Source of the DNA: Acidobacteriota bacterium
Lineage (GTDB): Bacteria > Acidobacteriota > UBA6911 > RPQK01 > JAJDTT01
Assembly: GCA_965209055.1 (NCBI GenBank)
Contig: OZ242374.1
Span: 5,120,001 to 5,184,000, forward strand
Reading direction: 5' to 3'
DNA length: 64,000 bases
In this document: one piece after another, positions 59,273 through 64,000 of the stretch
Numbering within the stretch: position 1 is the first letter of the stretch
Layout of the letters: every line of letters starts with the position of its first letter
Program-made: the position numbers and the translations under genes
Notes under the pieces: generated by a model
What the model was told of the DNA's origin: nothing
The model's database searches: none
The model's input: only the letters and a program-made list of their open reading frames with translations

Positions 59273-60385
59273 TCACCGGGAAGCGGCGCCGAAACAGTAG
59301 AGCAGTCCGTCCTGGGACCCGACGATGACCCGGCCGGCCGCCACCGCGGGGGAAGCGGAAATCCTTCCGCCCGTTCGAAACTCCCACAACGGCTTCCCGG
59401 TCTCCAGGTCCAGCGAGTAGAGCCGGCCGTCAAAGGAACCGACCCAGACCCGCCCATCGGCAACGGCCGGAGAGGAGTCCACTCGAGCCCGGGTGGCATG
59501 GGTCCACAATGCCTTTCCGGTGTCGGCATCCAGGCAATGAACCCGTTTGTCCCGTCCTCCCACCACGACCTTCCCGCCGAACCGGGCCGCGGACGAGTAG
59601 AAGGGAGCCGCCCGCTCAGGAGCCTGGTAACGCCAGAGAACGGCGCCGGATTTCAGCCCCACGGCCAGCACCTGGTTGTCGAAGGTTCCGAAGACGGCGC
59701 GGTCCCCTTGCAGGGACGGGGAGGCCCCGGTGTAGGCGCCCACATCCACCGTGACCACCGGCTCTCCGTCGGAAACCCGGATCCCGCGCAACATGCCGTC
59801 GCATCCTGAGACGTAGGCGATTCCGTCGAGAACTCCGGGGGTGCAGTGGAGCGGTCCGTCCGTCTCCCGCTTCCAGCGAAGGTCCCCTCCGCCGGCGGAA
59901 ATGCAATAGAGGTACCCGTCGTAGGAACCGACCAGGACCGAGTCTTCCAACACCACCGGGGAAGATTTCACCTCACCGTCGGTCTGAAAGGTCCAGCGCT
60001 TGGTCCCGTCGGCCTCGGACACGGCGTGGAGCATTCCCGACAAATCGGCGATATAGACGCTGCCGCCGGAAACGGCAGCCGAGGACTCTCCAATGGCGTC
60101 CTGCGCCTCGTACCGCCAGGCCAACGCGCCCGATTCCAGGTCGACGGCGTGCAGCTCGCCTCCCGCCGTACCGACGAAGGCGCGCCCACCACTGACGGCA
60201 GCCGAGGACTCGATGGGATCGCCCGCCTCATGAGTCCAGGCGAGTTCGGGGGAGGACGGCAACCGGGCGCCGGACACGCCGGTCAGGGAGGGATTCCCCC
60301 GGAACTGGGGCCAATCCCCGGCGCCGCACACGCCGACGGTCGCCACCGGAAGCGCCAACACCAACAGCCAGACCGGTTTTCGCAA
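59273..60385 (-). CDS. Secreted PQQ-type beta-propeller repeat protein
   Basis: Signal peptide, DWPQFRG, repeated SSP(A/V)V..VGS.DG..W units. Confidence 0.85.
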   Translation of the reverse strand: MRKPVWLLVLALPVATVGVCGAGDWPQFRGNPSLTGVSGARLPSSPELAWTHEAGDPIESSAAVSGGRAFVGTAGGELHAVDLESGALAWRYEAQDAIGESSAAVSGGSVYIADLSGMLHAVSEADGTKRWTFQTDGEVKSSPVVLEDSVLVGSYDGYLYCISAGGGDLRWKRETDGPLHCTPGVLDGIAYVSGCDGMLRGIRVSDGEPVVTVDVGAYTGASPSLQGDRAVFGTFDNQVLAVGLKSGAVLWRYQAPERAAPFYSSAARFGGKVVVGGRDKRVHCLDADTGKALWTHATRARVDSSPAVADGRVWVGSFDGRLYSLDLETGKPLWEFRTGGRISASPAVAAGRVIVGSQDGLLYCFGAASR

Positions 60386-60529
60386 GCGCAGTTTCTCCCG
60401 CCGGCCAGTTTACTACGGGAAGGCTTCGGCCGATGCCTCTTCGCCGCCTCGCAGGGCGCCCCTATGTGGATGCACAGGTCGAGGATATAATGCCGGCCCG
60501 AGCTTCTCCGCGGATTCTCATCTGCCGAC

Positions 60530-63500
60530 ATGTCCAATCGAATTCAGGAGGTCACCCGATACGAGTCGGTCCCCGCCGCCGTGGATCTCTGGATCGATTC
60601 CCTGGACTGCCCCGGCGAGATCCTGATCCTGGCGCCGACCCGGGCGGCGGCCGATGAATTGGCGAGAACCCTGTCTCTGAGCGACCAGGGCCGGATGGGT
60701 CTCCATCGGTGGACACCGGCTCAACTGGCGGCGGCGCTGGCGACCCCGGAATTGGCGGAAGGGGGCCTGGCTCCCCTGAGCCGTCTGGGACTGGAGGCCC
60801 TGGCCGCTCGGGCCGGTTACCGGAGCCGGGAAGCAGACAGCCCAGGTTACTTCGCTCCCGTCTCCGGTATGCCCGGCTTCTCCCGCGCCCTGGCGTCCAC
60901 GCTTCAGGACCTGCGTCTGGCTCAAGCCCGCGGTGACCGGTTGGCGCAATGCAGCCGGGGCGGACCCGATCTGGCCGTCCTGTTGGAACTGTACACGCAG
61001 GAACTCCAGGCACATGCCCTGGCCGACCGGGCCACGATGTTGGCACTGGCGGCAGGGGCTCTGGCCGGAGAGTCTCCGTGGGCCGGCCTTCCCGTGGTGC
61101 TGTTGGACGTTCCTCCCCGTTCCCGGGCCGAGTTCCGCTTCTTCGGCTCTCTCATCGGCAGGTCTCCGGCGACGTTGGCCCTGGTTCTTTCGGGGGACGA
61201 ACCGGGCATGGAGGCCTTCCGGGCGCTGCTGAAAGTCGCGGCTCCAACCCCGCCCCGGAACGGAGGAGAGGCCGGCGGTGCCGCTCTTGGCCGGATCCGA
61301 TCGAGCCTCTTCGCTGCCGGAGAGGTCGCGGGCGGTCCCATGGATCCCGGCTTTCGACTCTTTTCGGCCGTGGGCGAGGGTCACGAGTGCGTGGAGATCG
61401 CCCGGTCCCTCTTGGAGGAGGCCAAGCGGGGAACGGCCTTCGACCGGATGGCGGTCCTGTTGCGCAATCCGGAGGCCTACCAGTCCCAGATGGAGGAGGC
61501 GCTGACCCGTGCGGGCATCCCCGGCTACTTCAGCCGGGGCATCTCGCGTCCCGACCCGGCGGGACGCGCTCTTCTGACCCTCCTGGAGTGCGCCGAGGAG
61601 GGCCTCACGGCCAGCCGATTCGCGGAGTACCTCTCCCTGGGCCAGGTTCCGCGCGGCCACCCCTCCCCGGATCGGATCGAGCAGCAACCTCCCTGGGCCG
61701 GTCCGGGAGAAGACCTGGAGGTGAGCTTCAAGTCGGGCGGCGACGCGCCCGCGGCGGCGGAGGGCGACCCGGACCCGGAAGACGACCGTTCTCCGGTGAT
61801 CGCCGGCACCCTCAGGACCCCGGCTCACTGGGAACGGCTCCTGGTGGATGCCGCCGTCATCGGCGGCAGGGACCGCTGGGAGAGCCGGCTCGCCGTCCTG
61901 GAATCGGACCTCCTGGCGAAACGGAGACGAAGGGAGGCGGAGGGGAACGAAGCGGCGGGACAGGCGCTCCGGAGCCGATTGGACCGGCTCAGGAACCTCA
62001 GGGATTTTGCCCTGCCGGTCATCGAGTTTCTGGGAGACTTTCCTCACCAGCAGAACTGGCGGGCCTGGTTGGAGCGGCTCCGCCAGCTGTCCGCCCTGGC
62101 TCTGCACCGGCCGGACACGGTGCTGTCCCTCCTGGCCGAACTGGAGCCCATGGGACAGGTGGGACCGGTGACCCTCACCGAGGTGAGAGAAGTCCTGAGC
62201 CAACGCCTCGGCGAACTGAGACGGGACCCGCCGGAAAGACCCTACGGCCGGGTCTTCGTCGGAACGCCGGGGGAGGCGTGCGGCCGGTCCTTCCAGGTAG
62301 TCTGTCTTCCCGGACTCTCGGAGGGAATCTTCCCCCGCAAGGCAACCGAGGACCCGCTGCTGCCGGACCCGCTGCGCCAGCGGGTTTCGGCCCACCTTCC
62401 CTTGCTGGCGGACAGGATCCGGGAGGAGCGCCGGTTGTTGCGCATCGCTCTGGCCGCGGCCTCCCGGCGCCTCATCGCTTCCTACCCGCGCATGGACCTG
62501 GTGCGGGGACGGTCCCGGGTCCCCTCCCTCTACGCCCTGGAACTGATGCGCGCAGCCTTGGGACAATTGCCCGACGTCCAGGAACTGGAACGGACGAGCG
62601 CCGCGGCCTCCAGCACCCGTCTGGGTTGGACCGCGCCCCGGGATCCCGCTCGAGCCATCGACGACGCCGAGTACGATCTGGCCACGCTGGGGCCGGTCCT
62701 GCAGGCGCCGAAATCTCAGGACACGGGCCAGGGGCGGTACCTGCTCCTGGTGAATCCGTGGCTGGCGCGGTCTTTGCGGGCACGCTACAAGCGCTGGCGC
62801 CCGGCCTGGTCGGACGACGACGGGATTCTGGCCCGGTCCGATTCCGCGGCCCGCGGGATTCTGCACAAGCACCGGCTCCGCAATCGAAGCTATTCCGCCA
62901 CGGACCTGGAAACGTTCGCCTCCTGTCCGTACCGCTTCTTCCTCCACTCCATCCAGAGGTTGCGGCCGAAAGAGGAAACCCTGGCTCTGGAGCGCATGGA
63001 TCCCCTGACCCGGGGCTCCCTCTTCCATGAAGTCCAGTCCCGGCTCTTTCGCCGGCTCCGGGAAGAGGACCTGCTGCCCATGAATGCGGGAAGGTTGGAG
63101 GACCTCCTGAGCCGGGCGGACCAGGTGCTGGACCAGGTCGCCGGGGGCTACCGGGAGCGCATGGCTCCCATTCTCCCTTCGGTCTGGGAGTCGGAGGTCG
63201 AGGACCTGCGAATCGACCTCCGGACCTGGATCCGCGGCGCCAGCCAGGAGCGGGACGGATGGGTGCCGATCCACTTCGACTACGCTTTCGGCCTTGCCGG
63301 GGGCGACGACCGGGACCGGGACAGCACTCCCGTAGAGGCCGTCATCCTGGACGGGATGCGGCTCCGGGGGATCGTCGACCTGGTGGAAATGCATCCCTCT
63401 CACCGCGTCCTCCGGATCACCGACCACAAGACCGGCAAAGCCAGGGAGCCCGTACCCCAGTCGGTGGGACAAGGCGAAACCCTCCAACCCCTCCTCTATT

Positions 63501-63805
63501 CCCTGGCTGCCCAGGAACTCCTGGGCGTCCCGGTCGTTGGGGGACGCCTCCACTATTGCACCCAGAGAGGGAACTTCCGGATCCACCGGCTCCGGCTCGA
63601 CCGGGAGGGCCGGAACCGGATCGGATCAGTGCTGGAGACCATCGACCAGGCGGTGGGCGAAGGCTTCCTTCCCGCCGCGCCTCGCGAGGAGAGCTGCGCC
63701 ACCTGCGATTACCGGGCGGTCTGTGGACCGTACGAAGAGCTGCGCGCCGGCCTCAAGGAAAGCCGGCCCCTGGAGCCTCTCCTGCAGCTTCGCAAACTTC
63801 CCTGA
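60530..63805 (+). CDS. addB: AddB-like helicase-nuclease subunit with PD-(D/E)XK domain
   Basis: [61 protein letters not shown] (four Fe-S cysteines). Confidence 0.85.
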   Translation: MSNRIQEVTRYESVPAAVDLWIDSLDCPGEILILAPTRAAADELARTLSLSDQGRMGLHRWTPAQLAAALATPELAEGGLAPLSRLGLEALAARAGYRSREADSPGYFAPVSGMPGFSRALASTLQDLRLAQARGDRLAQCSRGGPDLAVLLELYTQELQAHALADRATMLALAAGALAGESPWAGLPVVLLDVPPRSRAEFRFFGSLIGRSPATLALVLSGDEPGMEAFRALLKVAAPTPPRNGGEAGGAALGRIRSSLFAAGEVAGGPMDPGFRLFSAVGEGHECVEIARSLLEEAKRGTAFDRMAVLLRNPEAYQSQMEEALTRAGIPGYFSRGISRPDPAGRALLTLLECAEEGLTASRFAEYLSLGQVPRGHPSPDRIEQQPPWAGPGEDLEVSFKSGGDAPAAAEGDPDPEDDRSPVIAGTLRTPAHWERLLVDAAVIGGRDRWESRLAVLESDLLAKRRRREAEGNEAAGQALRSRLDRLRNLRDFALPVIEFLGDFPHQQNWRAWLERLRQLSALALHRPDTVLSLLAELEPMGQVGPVTLTEVREVLSQRLGELRRDPPERPYGRVFVGTPGEACGRSFQVVCLPGLSEGIFPRKATEDPLLPDPLRQRVSAHLPLLADRIREERRLLRIALAAASRRLIASYPRMDLVRGRSRVPSLYALELMRAALGQLPDVQELERTSAAASSTRLGWTAPRDPARAIDDAEYDLATLGPVLQAPKSQDTGQGRYLLLVNPWLARSLRARYKRWRPAWSDDDGILARSDSAARGILHKHRLRNRSYSATDLETFASCPYRFFLHSIQRLRPKEETLALERMDPLTRGSLFHEVQSRLFRRLREEDLLPMNAGRLEDLLSRADQVLDQVAGGYRERMAPILPSVWESEVEDLRIDLRTWIRGASQERDGWVPIHFDYAFGLAGGDDRDRDSTPVEAVILDGMRLRGIVDLVEMHPSHRVLRITDHKTGKAREPVPQSVGQGETLQPLLYSLAAQELLGVPVVGGRLHYCTQRGNFRIHRLRLDREGRNRIGSVLETIDQAVGEGFLPAAPREESCATCDYRAVCGPYEELRAGLKESRPLEPLLQLRKLP

Positions 63806-63813
63806 GCGGCCTC

Positions 63814-64000
63814 ATGAACGATTCCTTGAAGTTCGGTCCCCAGGCCCCCTCAACTTCCGATTCCGCCGGACGCCGGGCCATCCGCGATTCCCTGGACGCG
63901 AGCCTTCTGGTGGAGGCGGCGGCGGGCACGGGCAAGACCACCGAGCTGGTCCGGCGCCTGGTGGCCGTCCTGGCGAGCGGCCGGGCCCGCGTCGACGGGA
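63814..64000 (+). CDS. addA: AddA/UvrD-family helicase, 5' part only (runs off the window)
   Basis: Translated by hand: ..[19 protein letters not shown]..; 8 nt after the addB stop. Confidence 0.85.
   Translation, partial: MNDSLKFGPQAPSTSDSAGRRAIRDSLDASLLVEAAAGTGKTTELVRRLVAVLASGRARVDG

Noticed and set aside
60530-64000. Cas4-like or defence nuclease
   Set aside because: Length, inactive helicase-like N-terminus and the adjacent UvrD-type gene fit ordinary AddAB.

Overview
GC-rich bacterial chromosome segment, probably Acidobacteriota (inferred from Oar-like TonB-dependent receptors with CRTAC1/TPR and CocE genes). 1-17.7 kb is core genome: pilQ-like secretin, M24 peptidase, accBC, NSS transporter, thiE, ribD, CorC-ybeY-7TM-HD, yceD-rpmF-fabD-fabG-acpP-fabF, dGTPase. 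18-39.9 kb is an accessory catabolic/uptake region: fused E1 plus E2, hydantoinase A/B, two enolase-superfamily enzymes, an SSS transporter and two CocE hydrolases; four genes in its distal half are damaged, and it ends next to tRNA-Arg(CCT). 40-44.4 kb is housekeeping genes plus tRNA-Pro(CGG). The most striking signal is a RAYT-type HUH (Y1) transposase at 44.6-45.6 kb. It is bracketed by inverted, stuttered AGACTGTCCC-core arrays and by a ~128-bp direct duplication of host sequence, whose receptor-coding half differs by seven synonymous substitutions and a 2-nt indel. The same architecture (same core, 121-bp duplication, synonymous differences) recurs without any transposase inside a TPR gene 12 kb away. 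49.3-60.4 kb is an uncharacterised tailoring/export cluster: GT4-ABC fusion, FtsX permease, HemN-like radical SAM, halogenase-type flavoenzyme, thioesterase, CoA ligase and a PQQ-type beta-propeller. It is followed by addB and the start of addA. All calls come from motif recognition by eye; no searches were run.
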